From Octopus vulgaris (lineage: Eukaryota), in assembly GCA_951406725.2 (NCBI GenBank), contig OX597819.1:132928001-132992000 (forward strand): a stretch of 64,000 nt of DNA, read 5' to 3'. A program made the translations under genes and the position numbers. This document shows, one piece after another, positions 44,118 to 58,079 of the stretch (positions are counted from its first letter, which is position 1; each line of letters opens with the position of its first letter). Below the pieces are notes generated by a model. It was not told the DNA's origin, did no database searches, and was given only the letters and a program-made list of their open reading frames with translations.

Positions 44118-44255
44118 ATATTCCACCAAGATTGACTTTACCTTTCGACCTTCAGGGGTCGACAGCATAAGCACCATTTAAGCACCGGGGTTGATGAAAT
44201 CGACTTACACCTCTACCTGCACCCCTCCATACCCTGAACTTGTTGACCTTGGGCC
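44118..44255 (+). mobile_element. 5'-truncated SINE family A copy with 14-bp TSD
   Basis: gactttacctttc...ggggtcga...cggggttgatgaaatcgactt, flanked by aatattgtccaact at 44104-44117 and 44256-44269. Confidence 0.75.
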
Positions 44256-44973
44256 AATATTGTCCAACTGTATGATCTGATACCAAAGTTCAGTTAAGAA
44301 ACAAACCGAGCGTCTGGTTTATCTCGGCGGAGGCAAAGCAAGAAATGTTTTGGTTGTTGCCAACAAAATGTTAACATGGCAACAATCTATAGAATCTATT
44401 GAAGAGGAAAAAGAGAGAAAGACATGCAAGCATTGAGAGTGCCTTGTAACTTTCAACATGATAAATAGCAACATGAAATAGCAGACAATCTACACATATC
44501 TACAAACATATAACAACGCTAGTATTCATTATTAAGATATAGTTTGAAACCAGCCTCATCGCTCATAAAGACTTATTGTAAACTGTCTCTCGTCAGACAG
44601 ATCTCTCGTTATATTGTAAACTATGGGTAATATTAACATAAGCACAAACATTTCTAATTTATGTTGGAACAAAATTCAGAGATAAATCAAATTATCAGAC
44701 AGAAAGACTGATACTTAACACTTGCGCTAATATAAAATCTTCCATTTATTTTAGAAAGAATGTTTTAAGAATAGTGTGAAATGCACTTGCAGGTTATTTT
44801 CCATATGTGTGACATACTTTTTGAATCATCGGAGAATTTCTTTAAGACTTCCAGATTTGACCTCAATTTTAATTTTAGTCTGAATTATAATTTTATAGAA
44901 TTGTTATAAGTCTCTTTCGTTTCCATATTTAAGTACTTTTATAAATTTATTTATACAGAAACGCAAACAGATA

Positions 44974-45390
44974 GGCGCAGGAGTGGCTGTGTGGTAAGTA
45001 GCTTGCTAACCAACCACATGGTTCCGGGTTCAGTCCCACTGCGTGGTATCTTGGGCAAGTGTCTTCTGCTATAGCCCCGGGCCGATCAATGCCTTGTGAG
45101 TGGATTTGGTAGACGGAAACTGAAAGAAGCCTGTCGTATATATGTATATATATATATGTGTGTGTGTGTTTGTGTGTCTGTGTTTGTCCCCCTAGCATTG
45201 CTTGACGACCGATGCTAGTGTGTTTACGTCCCCGTCACTTAGCGGTTCGGCAAAAGAGACCGATAGAATAAGTACTGGGCTTACTTACAAAGAATAAGTC
45301 CCGGGGTCGATTTGCTCGGCTAAAGGCGGTGCTCCAGCATGGCCGCAGTCAAATGACTGAAACAAGTAAAAGAGAAAAGAGAAAAGAGAG
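44974..45390 (+). mobile_element. tRNA-derived SINE family B, copy 2
   Basis: Same architecture and sequence as 37103-37517. Confidence 0.9.
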
Positions 45391-45894
45391 ATATTATGAC
45401 ATCCAGTTTCCAAAAATGGTGTTCCGTTAACTACTTCCGCTTTAGTGAATCCAAATCTATAAAAGAATATGACAATCGGTTGTCAGAATCGGTAGATCAT
45501 CGGCTAACGTAACTTGCTTTATTTGGTTATGTCCATTTATGTTCTAAGTTCAAATCTCGCCTCCTCCTCCTCCTATACGCACTTTATCTTTCAACCTGAT
45601 TCTTCAATTCGCCACGGAAAAAAATAGTTCATGGCGAACTTATCTAAATTTTCCAGCTTCCCTTTCACTTGGCGACGCTAAGAAGCCAAGGAGAGCATCC
45701 TTCATACAAACGAATCTGAAATCTCTTTAATGCAGTATTAACACAAGAGTTAATTAGCATCGAATCGACATCACGTGACTTGTAACAGAGGAAGTCTCTT
45801 TCAGAGAATTAAGCTTGAAAGGGAGATAATTAAAAGCATTTATATGAGGAAAGACTAAAATATAATGTGAATAGGTGGACTTCAACGAACTGCG

Positions 45895-45955
45895 ATTTGA
45901 CAGAGGGATTTGACAGAGGGATTTGACAGAGGGATTTGACAGGGATTTGACAGAG
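45895..45955. repeat. 13-bp tandem repeat (atttgacagaggg), ~5 units
   Basis: Directly visible; one unit lacks 'ag'. Confidence 0.85.
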
Positions 45956-47518
45956 AGTATGAAATTCGTTTGACTGATTTCTCAAAAAGAGAAAAAAAAA
46001 AAAAAACTGGAGAGAAAGTGTTGAAACGTTGTTGCAGCAGATCTCTCGTTGCTTTAAAATTTATTTACATTCCCGAATGGATTCGTAATATTGGATTGAT
46101 ACAAAATTGGTCGAGAAGTGAATAGTTAAATATTGCTTAAATTGACGGAAGAATCCCAAACGTTACGGAGTGCCAGTGATATTCGACATAGCGTTGCAAA
46201 AAGATTTCTTAAAAATAATCCCCAATGTTTTTGACCTAAAAGCTTGACCCTGCGTAATATTTGCAGTTTCTATTTTCTAGCTCTGCCTGGATGTGAGTTA
46301 ATTACCGTCTAGCAACGGAGAAAGGAGCAATCACAATAATATAGTGAATCTCGGGCTTTCCATTTCTCTGTCTCCGTCTTTATCTGCCTGTCTGTCTCTC
46401 TCTCTGTCGGGAGAGAGAGTGAGAGAGGGAGAGAGAGAGAGAGTTCGATAGCCGTTTATCTATGCGACATCGTACTCTCTTTGATCCGATCCTGTATCAG
46501 TCACGTGTTCAATGCACATTACGAATTGTGTATAAATTTGCGAACAATGAGCAGAGGACAGATCCCCCCCCCCCCTCTCCAATTTGTTTCTTTGTAATAG
46601 ACCAGCAATCCATTTAATTTCATTTTCTTTCTGGTCTTTGTAAATCTGTTCTTATTATTCCACGCATATTTAACGCCGGTTTCTACTGAATAAATGAGAT
46701 TAAACTTATTAAAAGGTCTTCAGTACTTTTGGTATCCTTCGCTTCTATTAAAAACGTATAATATAGTAATGTATGTGTGTGTGTGTTGGTGTTCGGTTGT
46801 GAATGTATGTGTGTATGAAAGAGTGTCTCTGTAAATGTGGGTATTATTCGGTTGTGAGTGTACATAATGTATATATTATATAATAGAAGGGTTTACCTAT
46901 TCGACGGTATTTTGGTGAATAGACTTGATTGTTCGGAAAGAAAACTCTCCTGCAACGCCACACTATCTTAAAGATAGCGTGTTAAATCTAATCCATTCCA
47001 ATTATAATTTGTTAAGAACACGATCTAGCTATAAAAGAGACGTTATTTTAACTTCGCGTCTCGATAAGTTTTGTTTATATACATATTTGTTTGTTTAAAT
47101 CTATATTTAAATTCTGTTTTAAGAATGCAATTAAAATATTAATGCTTTCTTTTATGTATGTGGTTTTTATCTAAATATTATTTATAAATGTTTTTTTTAT
47201 TTGGTTTGTTTTGCATTTTTGATACATGGATAAATGTACAATCAAAAATAATGACTTCGAAGAGAGCAGAAGGAATAAGAAAAAGCAACAGTTTGAAAGC
47301 GAACCAGAAGAAAGAATATAATGATGAAATATTTAGTGCCAGAGCTTTGCTTTCGACTTTAGTGGTCGCCTCATAAATCTTGGTGTTTGGGAACTTCTCT
47401 CTTGCATTATTAATTGCTGCCAACAACAAAGGAAAACAAGCAAATATATATAACTGTATATGTGTGTGTGTGTGTGTGTGTATTTATACGCGTGCATATA
47501 TATATGTATATATATATG

Positions 47519-47549
<31 letters not shown>

Positions 47550-47616
47550 TATACCTTAATTTATACAGAAGCACACACAAATATATATATATACGTATGT
47601 ATATATACGTACATAC

Positions 47617-47744
<128 letters not shown>

Positions 47745-47761
47745 GTATATATATATATATT

Positions 47762-47824
<63 letters not shown>

Positions 47825-47825
47825 G

Positions 47826-47867
<42 letters not shown>

Positions 47868-49564
47868 TGCAGTCACACATACATACACACACATAGACAC
47901 ACACACTCACACACACACACGCACACTCACACACACACACACACACGGACCTCCACTCGTAATCATACTTCCACTCACGTATATATAATATATATAAACG
48001 TAGCCCGACTTTGAGAGTTGCAGAACGCTGCTCGAGTGCATCTGTGTATAAATGTTGAGAGGGGCGGATAAATTTCGCAACCGTTTCCCTTTGTAAGCGG
48101 CAGCATCTGCCATTCATGTTGGCAAGTGAACAATATATAATCAGGTATCTTTATCATTAAATGCAAATAAAGCCAGCTCATCGTTCATCAGACACTATTT
48201 TCCCCGTTCATAGCTTTTTGCTTGGATGACTTTACAATCGACTGCAATGGTTGTTTCAATATATCTGCCTTGATTTATTATTTTTAGTTATTTATTTGTA
48301 TTTTTCCAATGAATGGAAACTGATGGAATCCGATTAATTCTCCTCAGAATCCTACACAATATTAGTTTTCCTTTCTTAGAAGAAATATTAAAAGACATCC
48401 AGTAAGTTTCTCGGTGGTAGGGAAATGAAATATTGAAATACCAGAGTTCAGTCGGAATTATCTTCTATACATTCGCCATTATTATTTTCAAAGTTAATCG
48501 GAATGGAAAACATCGCCTTCGGCTTCTCCGTGTGTGTATGTGTGTACAATTCTTTGAATTCGAGGGCAAATGTAAAGTTTGTCGCTAATAAACTGTAATA
48601 ATAAGAATTCTTATATAATTTTTTAGATAACAATGGCTGGAGTTCTTAGAGCGAAATTAATTATATAGCAACATTCTTTCAATAGTGTGTAATTACCGAA
48701 TTTTTAATAACTGTTTTAGTATTAACAACAGCTTCCAAACAACTGTAATGATACAATCAGCAACAACAACCATAAACTCGCTTCGCATTACAGCAATTAT
48801 TTATAGTTTTTCTTTCTTTTATAAACTTTTATTTTTTATTTTCGCAAGTTATTTTCATGATAAAATTGTAGGTTTTGTAATAAATAATATTGCATTAGAA
48901 GAGCACATTTAAAGTCGGAAGACCGAAACTAAAAATAGAAGAATTTCTACTTGAAGGAAGCAGTAATGATTCTTTAAATAGACGGCCGAAGTGAAGCAGC
49001 CGTAAAAAAAGAAACAAAACTCGACTCGTAGACTTGGCCAACAAAAGCCAATTGATGGAATTTCTACCTTATTCATCTCCTACGCTACCAAATATCAGTT
49101 CCTGCCATTATGTTGCGAATAATTTACAGTTTAATTTCATTTCTTAAATGCAATAATAGAATTACTTTCAACTGAGAATAAAAACAAAGAGTGACGAGTA
49201 AATACATCTACACATAGTACCCTTCCTTATTATGGTATCCTTCCCTTTTTCTTAGCACTACCACCTGATCTTTATCTGTCTTTGAATTGAGATCCGGGCT
49301 CCTCTACGTCCTTGTTTCCCACCAGATATTAACCTGCAGAATTTCAGGCAGCGTATAATCTGTCTTAATCCTACGAATATAATGGGGACACTGAAGCTAT
49401 TATAAATCTTGCTAATTCGTTCCTGCTTAATTTTTTAAAAGAATATTTGCTTTTGGAGAATATATTTAATTCTATGCAAATATGAGATTGTGGTATTAAT
49501 GATTCTACAAATGACCTGAGAAGCAAGCTTAATTTACATAATTTAGAACCAATTCAGCCGATAG

Positions 49565-49630
49565 TGCCATCTGGTTAATGAGTGACTGCCATCTAGATAA
49601 TGAGTGACTGCCATCTGGATAATGAGTGAC
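49565..49630. repeat. 22-bp tandem repeat (tgccatctggataatgagtgac) x3
   Basis: Directly visible. Confidence 0.85.
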
Positions 49631-50195
49631 AGGTGGTCATAGAACAGCTTCTTTATATCTCATAATCATTTAGTGAATTAAGAATATTATATGTTGCGTT
49701 ATTGAATATCGAAAGTGATGTTGATCTCTCATCATTGGTGTCCTTTTTGTACCCAGAAAGCAGCTTTGAATGGAATAAATACAACAGATAAAGATTAAGC
49801 TAGAAATATTACAAACAGATTTCAAAGAGAAAATGGAGGGTCTAGAAGCTATTTGTAGAATCGAGTTGGTGTGCAGAGTATCTCCTGCAAAGTTTTCAAA
49901 ACTAATAATGCTTGTGAATGATATCTCTATAATTTTCCCTGAATACGAACACGTCTTTCATACTGAGTAATGACACCGAATATAAATAGTTTAATTAAAT
50001 CATAAACTCCAGGTGGTCCTGTCTCAACTTCATCTGATTTATACAGAACTGATTGAAATGAATTTCACAAAATGAAGAATGGATTTACCCTCCGGTTTCG
50101 CATCAGGTTTCGTATTACATTTCTAAAAGGCCGCAAATTTTCATGGAATGGAATCTTTACCGGTAAAACGTCTGCTATGTCTAAGAACGGAACTA

Positions 50196-51443
50196 CGAGG
50201 GGTGTTCAATAAGTAATGCCCCTGACCCACTTGCAGTTATTTGATCTAGCTGAAATTTTGCATGTACAATTATTTATATCTCTATAAATTAAATGGCAAA
50301 TTACAGCTCTGAACTAATTGTGGTTTCTGATTTACAGGTGTTTGAACTGAGTCAAGTGTGAAATGGAGCCTGTTGAGTGTCGAGCAGTGATCCGGTTTTT
50401 GTATTTGAAAGGACGCACACCACGGGAGACTTTTGATGAAATGAAAGTAACTTATGGTGATGATGCCCCATCATATGACCTTGTAAAACGCTGGCATCGT
50501 GAATTCAAACATGGTCGGAACTCTGTGGAAACAGCTCCCAGATCTGATCGCCCCCTTCTGCCATTGATGAGGCATCTGTCCGTCAAGTTGAGGCTGCCAT
50601 TTTGGAAGATTGACGCATAACTATTCGCGAAATAGCCTATGAGGTCAAGATTAGTACCAGGTCTGTGGAAACTATCATTCATGACCATTTGCATATGCAA
50701 AAGGTGTTTGCCAGATGGATTCCCAGGTTGCTCACATCTTTCCAGAAGCAAGAACGCGTCGAGTGCTCGAGGGTGAATTTGGGGATGTGCAAAGAAGATG
50801 AGTCAAAATTTTTCAAAAGACTGATTACACAGGATGAAACCTGGGTCCATCACTATGATCCAGAGACCAAAGCCCAGTCAATGCAGTGGACACACCGTAA
50901 CTCACCTCCTCCAAAGAAGGCAAGGGCCAGCCCTCTGCTGGCAAGGTCATGCTCACAGTCTTCTGGGACTACAATTACAGGAGCCTATTATGCTTCACTT
51001 TTGAGGAAATTAAGAGAAGCTATTAAAATCAAGAGGTGGGGCAAGATCAGCAAAGGCATCCTCCTCTTGCAGGACAACGCTCCGGTTCACAACTCGCGTG
51101 TCGCCAGATCAGAAGCACAGGCATGCGGCTATGAACTCCTCCCCAACCCCCTACTATCCTGACTTTGCACCCTCTGATTTTCCCCTCTTCCCAGCCATGA
51201 AGTTGTTTTTGAAAGGAAAGCGTTTCCCAGATGATGCAGCCTTGGTTTCTGAAGTCACGTCGTGGTTGGAGGACCAAGCTGGGGTCTTCTACAAAAACGG
51301 TCTTCAGAGCTGCATCAAACGATGGGAGAAATGCGTAACTCTGGGTGGTTCCTATGTAGAAAAAGACTAATAACTGTGCCAAGTTTCGTTGCTCTACTGC
51401 TGTGGGAAGTGGGCCAGGGGCATTACTTATTGAACGCCCCTCG
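50196..51443 (+). mobile_element. Mariner (Tc1/mariner) DNA transposon with both TIRs and TA target duplication
   Basis: 37-bp TIRs cgaggggtgttcaataagtaatgcccctgacccactt (2 mismatches between ends); TA at 50194-50195 and 51444-51445. Confidence 0.95.
50363..51370 (+). pseudogene. Mariner transposase, frameshifted
   Basis: HTH N-terminus RAVIRFLYLKG, WIPRLL (WVPHEL-like), ITQDETWVHHY, LLQDNAPVH and YYPDFAPSDF (YSPDLAPSD-like), split over three ORFs. Confidence 0.92.
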
Positions 51444-51641
51444 TAAATATTGAAAATATTACTTCGACTCCCTACACTTATGCTACCCTATTGTAATGTA
51501 TCAAAGGGTTAATAAAGTTAACGCATTATTACGCCGATTGAATTATTATTTTCAATATCGATGTTCGTCTTGCATTTCTGTCATACTGCTTTGTAGTTGA
51601 GTGGCTTGGTTTTGTCATCGAAGCAATGGGATCAATATTAT

Positions 51642-51675
<34 letters not shown>

Positions 51676-52333
51676 GTATACATGTGTGTGTGTTCGTGTG
51701 TGTTTGGTTTAAAACAGAGGCAGGTCTAATAATGCAAACATTATTAATATCAGATACTTAAAATGAGCGTTTTGTTTATGCGTATTATCAGCCGAAAGAT
51801 TTCGTTCAGGGAAATATCTCTTCAGCGCGTCAAATGTTAAAACCACCGGTCCACTCAAACCAAGCGAAATGAATCGACTTAGAGCATAAACTAAACACAT
51901 ACGTTAAGTGTCTGACATCGGTCTCGTTTACATTATTAGATCTGCTTCAAACTTCAAAATTTAATTTTGTTTAACTTGTGCGGCGCTGTGACACATCAGC
52001 AGATAGATATCACGCTATCTACATTATACACCTCAGACCCACAGCTCCAATTCGCTTCGAGGTGACTCGGGTATATGGCGCCGATAAGCTGCAATAACGG
52101 CAAAATGTAGACATCCACCGTCGGCTTTCACCTACTGCTCGATTCGTTTCGCCTGGATTGAGTGTTTCAACGTCTTTTAACACGCGAGGTTTCTCTGGAA
52201 GAAATCCCGTCTAAGCAAAAAACATGCATTCAGTAGGTGACGCCATCATTGCTGTGTGTGGGTCTTTCTGTTCGTGTGTGTCTAATATCAACTTAAAGTC
52301 AACACTCTTCACAATTGTAAAATTTAGCAAAAG

Positions 52334-52388
<55 letters not shown>

Positions 52389-52552
52389 GAGACACATACA
52401 CACACACACACACATAAAATACGAGAACAAATGAGTTGAATACGCAAACAACGAGCGAAACAAATGGAAAACATGACAAGTAACATAAAGAACGACCCTT
52501 CATCAGTTATCGGCTGCCTATCTACACCTCATTCCGAGCATTGAACGACAGC

Positions 52553-52590
<38 letters not shown>

Positions 52591-52694
52591 GCTCCCTCTC
52601 CAGAGTAACTTCTAAAAGGATTAACTCTACTATTATTTACATTATTTACTTTATTTACATTTGACGGATATTTGTCCTCATCTTGTTTGTTGTT

Positions 52695-52740
52695 AACACA
52701 ACGTTTCGGCTGATATACCCTCCAGCCTTCATCAGGTGTC
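52695..52740 (-). ncRNA. Minimal type-I hammerhead motif (inverted arm)
   Basis: Minus strand reads GACAC-CTGATGA-a-GGCTG-gagggtatat-CAGCC-GAAAC-GTT-GTGTT; palindromic AACGTT takes the place of stem III. Confidence 0.72.
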
Positions 52741-52975
52741 TTAGGGAAATTTCGAACCTGGGTTCTCGTTCCTAAGGTATTTTTCGATGTTATCATAATT
52801 TTTATTGTTCAGGTCACTGCCTGGAATTGGCGTAGTGGTTAAAAGCGCGGGCTACTAACCCCAAGATTCCGAGTTGGATACCAAGCAGTGACCTGAACAA
52901 CAACAACAACAATAATAATAATAATAACAACAGCAACAACATCGAAATGAGAACCCAGGTTCAAAATTTCCCCAA

Positions 52976-53021
52976 GACACCTGATGAAGGCTGGAGGGTA
53001 TATCAGCTGAAACGTTGTATT
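52976..53021 (+). ncRNA. Minimal type-I hammerhead motif (direct arm, two substitutions)
   Basis: GACAC-CTGATGA-a-GGCTG-gagggtatat-CAGCT-GAAAC-GTT-GTATT. Confidence 0.65.
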
Positions 53022-53139
53022 AACAACAAACAAGATGAGGACAAAATATCTATCAAATGTAAATAATGTGAATAATTCCTCATCTCTTCAATATAGAACT
53101 GTATTAACTCTACTAATTCCTTCCATTGAAGCTCTTTTA

Positions 53140-53255
53140 ACTCGTATCACATGATGGGATATAATTTATTTCCCTGAAACAGCTGTAAGACAACCTTTCT
53201 ATTTATAAATGTCCTAAGAATATCAAATTGCATTGGCTCTCTCATCTTATTTTAT
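53140..53255 (+). repeat. Decayed relative of the hammerhead-bearing unit at 4700-4800
   Basis: atgatgggata...tccctGAAACAGCTGTAagac...ttctat-tataaatgt-ctaa matches the reverse complement of 4725-4795; the CUGAUGA core is eroded. Confidence 0.6.
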
Positions 53256-53899
53256 TTAACACACACACACACACATACACACACACATACACACACGCAC
53301 ACATACACACACACATACACACACATGTATATCAAAGATATTCATAGTAGTACGCTTAGTATTAAAAAGTATATAAAATAAGATGGCAAAAGAAATAAAA
53401 TATAAAGTTTATATATTATTTAAACACAAAAGGAAAGTCTAAATCAATTGATAGATGCGTGTATACACATACACACGGATAGTCATTCTCATATATGCAT
53501 ATATATATATATATATTTATACATACACACACACACATATACTTATGTATTTATATATATATATATATGCATACATGTATATACACATATATATTGGTCT
53601 TTATAACACACACATACACATATGGTTGCATCATTCTGGAGTGTGTGTGTGTGTGTGCGCATGCGTGCGCAAGTGTATGCATCAATTGTTAGCAGATTGT
53701 TTTGCTATAAATAAGCCTCTTAATTTTTGTCTTCTGCAGTAAACTTCATTGTGCTGTATTTCTGTTGCTTTATAATCCTTAAAATTGTTGTAATTGTTGT
53801 TGTTGTTATCATTATGAATCATCATCATCATCATCATCATGATCGTCGTCGTCATCATCGACATCTTCGCCATCGTCCTTCTTCGGATGCCTTTCGCTG

Positions 53900-54830
53900 C
53901 ACTATCAAGCGAATGTCTGTATGTCTCGGTTATGTGCAGTGCTTCTTTGTTTCGCCTTTGTTTTGCTCTCCTTCCATTTACCCATCGCACATTTTCTCTT
54001 CTGTGTCTCGCAGTTCTGCCTTCTCTCGGTGTTGCATGTATTTATATGTCCTGAAGTTGTAGTTATGTATTTGTCAGCATCTTTTCTTTTCATCATTCCT
54101 AAAACATCTGTTATTGAGATTATTTCTCTTCCGATGCCCCGTATTCGGTTTATCTTTATTTGTTGATAATTTCTCTTGCTAGTTTTGAGAAAAATTATCA
54201 TCTGTTGAGATGGATTTGGTAATCATAAGGTATTTCTTTTCTTTCAATTCTTGACAACAATATCTGGTCAGTTATCCTTGATCTCTGTCGGTGTGTATTG
54301 TTATATTCGACAGTTTCGTTGCTTTGCTATTCCTGAAGACTTTTTCTGGTCTTTGAATCTGCCATTTCATTATGTTGGCATATCTTCCCGTCTAAGTTCT
54401 AACTCTGTCGTGTCTGTGACTGTATTCCTTCTAGGCTAAGACAGGGTAGCCATACATAAAGCGCCTTCTTCCTCCATCTTTATTTTCACACATATCTTGT
54501 AGTCTACTTCCTTATATTGTTTTGGTGGATTCTGATGGAGAGGATGCCGTCAAAAAATTCCAGTCTCTTCTTCATTCCTGCGTTTCTCATCATTTTAATT
54601 TGTCATTCTGTAGTCTCAGCTCTAGTTTAGATTTTATCTGCTTGGCAACTTCTGTCCTTGTTTCTCCATTGTCTTATGCAGTTCTTTGCTATTGGCAACT
54701 TTTGTTTTGTATTTGTTGTCCCTATTCGTATTTTAATTGTTCATATTTCTTTACTGAATACTTTCCAAGTCCTAAAATAGATACTTTGTAATAGTTTTGT
54801 AATAGCATAAACTCTCCATCGCCTTACATT
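53900..54830 (-). mobile_element. Heavily decayed non-LTR (probably R4/Dong-like) remnant
   Basis: Minus-strand LLQNYYKVSILGLGKY near 54760-54810 resembles the post-RT thumb (LIQFELAYKTTTIGLAKY in 57850-60921). The strand is A-rich; little else is readable. Confidence 0.35.
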
Positions 54831-55238
54831 TGTGGTAAATATTAATTTTAAATGTCAGACTTTAGGTAGTTATTATATTCCTTGTTTTCCTGTCTAGATT
54901 ATAACCGAGTTGGTTTTGTGTCCAATTGAAAAGACTAACATATTACGCAGACAACAAGAGTATTCATGTCGTCATAGTGTTTGCATTTATCTCTGTTTCG
55001 AATATTAGTCTACTTTTTGTATAATCCTTCCTAATCCTTTCTTTCGTAGCCATGTGATATACGCTCTTCATTAGACATCTAAGTATTTATATGGCTGTGT
55101 TTCAGGTGATTCTCTTATCCCAATTCTTTTTATCTTGTGTGATATTAGCGTTTTAACGTAATAACGTTTTAACATTATTATTATTAGTATTCTTGTTGTC
55201 ATTATTGTTATTATTTCTTTCATTATCATTATTACTAG

Positions 55239-55450
55239 TGCAGGGAGCTGGCAGAATTGTTAGTACGCTGGGCAAAATGCCGAATGGCATTTCATCCGTC
55301 TTCACGTTCTGAGTTCAAATTCCGCCCAGGTCGACTTTGCCTTTCATCCTTTCAGGGTTGATAAAATTAAGTACCAGTTGTGTACTGGGGTCGATGTAAT
55401 TGACTTACCCTCTCCTCCGAAATTGCTGACCTTCTGACAAAATTTGAAAT
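55239..55450 (+). mobile_element. SINE family A, best-preserved copy
   Basis: gagctggcagaattgttag (A-box-like), gagttcaaattcc (B box), gtcgactttgcctttcatcctttc, aagtaccag...ctggggtcgatgtaat. At least 8 related copies occur in the window. Confidence 0.85.
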
Positions 55451-55529
55451 CGTTTTTATTTTTACTTCTTTTTATTTCCGGTTTCGTTGGAACTCCTGGA
55501 GTCCTTCGTACGTAGCGTTCCTACTGCCC

Positions 55530-56500
55530 ACTGCCTACGGTACCGTGCTTTCTGTTCTTTTCAGCTCTCTAATACTTTCCTGATTATTCTGGCCGTACCA
55601 AGGAGGTAAACCTTTTGTAACAGTTCTACTGGACTCTGTATTCCGATTTCCTTTATATTCCTCTCGATGCCTTCTCATACTCTCCCTAAGGACCCAACAA
55701 TAATTGACACTATTATTATGTGGCATTTTTACATACCATGCTATGTTTGCATCCAAACATCTTCCCCCTCTTTTTCTTGGTACATACAGACTGCCTGTGT
55801 CACGTTTTGGGTGGAGTGACCCATTTCTAGTTAGCAACTTCCTTGTCTTTCTGTCTAAGCTGTTTAGTTTGTCTACTGTCCATGCGTTTACCCTTGCTTC
55901 ATATCTAAGGAGTGAAACCACCCAGGTGTTGATAGCTTCCATCTTATTCCATCCGTTTAATTTCGACTTAAGAATCAGTCTCAGTCTGCGTAAGTACTCC
56001 ATCTTAAAGTTTTCTGTCATTTCTTTCTCCGTGATTTTATCCATTTCCCAAATCCCCAAGTACTCATATCCCGTCTCTTCTATCTGCTTCATAACCTCCC
56101 CCGACGGTATCCTTAGCCCGTCCATACATTTGATTTTACCTCTCTTCACGACTAACACACCACACTTTCTCAGTCCAAACTCCATTCTGATATCAGCACT
56201 GAAGGTCTACTCCGTATCAACGAGGGAACTGACTTGCGCTTCATCTTTACCATAAAGTTTGAGGTCATCCATGAATAACAAATGGTTGCCTTTTTGTTGG
56301 CGGCTTTTAAATACATACCCAGCTTTTGCTTTCCTCAGAAGCAGTGTCAGTGGTATCAAGCATAGTACATAGATCAGTGAGGATAGGCAGTCCCCTTGGA
56401 AGATGCCCCTCCTAATTTCTACTGTCCCTCAACTTCTTCCGTATGCTGTCAGGTCCGTCCTCTAATTCACCCTACTTTTTCCAAGCAGTCGCTCAACATT
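55530..56500 (-). mobile_element. Decayed, internally deleted R4/Dong RT fragment
   Basis: GIFQGDCLS, HLLFMDDLKLY, MEFGLRKC, YEYLGI, LKSKLNGWNK..AINTW and LHPK.D...LYVPRKRGGR. Confidence 0.85.
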
Positions 56501-56569
56501 GTCATCATCGATCCCAGAATTTAGACTTTAGACTAGCACTTTATTCTATAGATTTCGGAAGGGTGGAAG

Positions 56570-56616
<47 letters not shown>

Positions 56617-56680
56617 GTACAACTCCAGCGTTAAAAGCTGTGCAAAGGCAAAGATGATGATGATAATGATGATGATGATG

Positions 56681-56745
<65 letters not shown>

Positions 56746-56747
<2 letters not shown>

Positions 56748-57310
56748 GGGGACGTTTAAGAGAAGAGAACACCGGGGACGTTTAAGATGTAAGAAGGAAA
56801 ATACAGAGCTCCAAAATCTATCCACAAACATCGAAAACAAGGACATCCTATGGAGCCAAAGATTTACTAACAAAGAATTGGACTGTATCCGAGTAAGTAA
56901 TACTAATTGAAATTTATTACTATTTTCGAAACGAAATTATGTATTTTGACTCGATATCATCTCCACCTCTAACACAACACATGTAAACATGCGTGGAACA
57001 TCACGATCATCCCCGACCCCAAACACCATGTACAAACGAACTACGAAGAAATTAAATGCCACCGATACTATTCAACCCAAGAATAACAATCGAGCGGTGC
57101 GTACATTAAACTTACAACAAAAAATGTACGAAAAACTACACGTGCGAAATAATGTGACAACAGAAATAAACGGACCGGTACCCTACGAAAATGACGACCG
57201 TCAAAATAATGGGCCGGACGTTGTACCTTATGTCCCGCAAATAAAACCCAAAAGACGTAAATGGACACGTGAGGAATACATTTCTATCTTACACGCATAC
57301 TTCACAGAAA
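56746..57310 (+). mobile_element. 5' UTR and ORF N-terminus of an R4/Dong element, starting directly after (TAA)n
   Basis: ORF from 56989 contains RRKWTREEYISILHAY, the N-terminal motif typical of R4/Dong ORFs. A 15-bp direct repeat cggggacgtttaaga sits at the 5' junction. Confidence 0.6.

Positions 57311-58079
<769 letters not shown>

Larger units (their letters stand above)
52633..53102 (+). mobile_element. tRNA-headed, hammerhead-bearing non-autonomous retroelement: inverted partial copy plus direct copy, 13-bp TSD
   Basis: TSD attaactctacta at 52620-52632 and 53103-53115. Segment 52633-52827 is the reverse complement of ~52879-53075. The tRNA-like head starts at 52828 (A box TGGCGTAGTGG, B-box-like GAGTTGGATACC). 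Confidence 0.85.

Noticed and set aside
50665-51162. SETMAR-like host gene
   Set aside because: Only mariner transposase sequence inside TIRs; no SET domain, and it is frameshifted.
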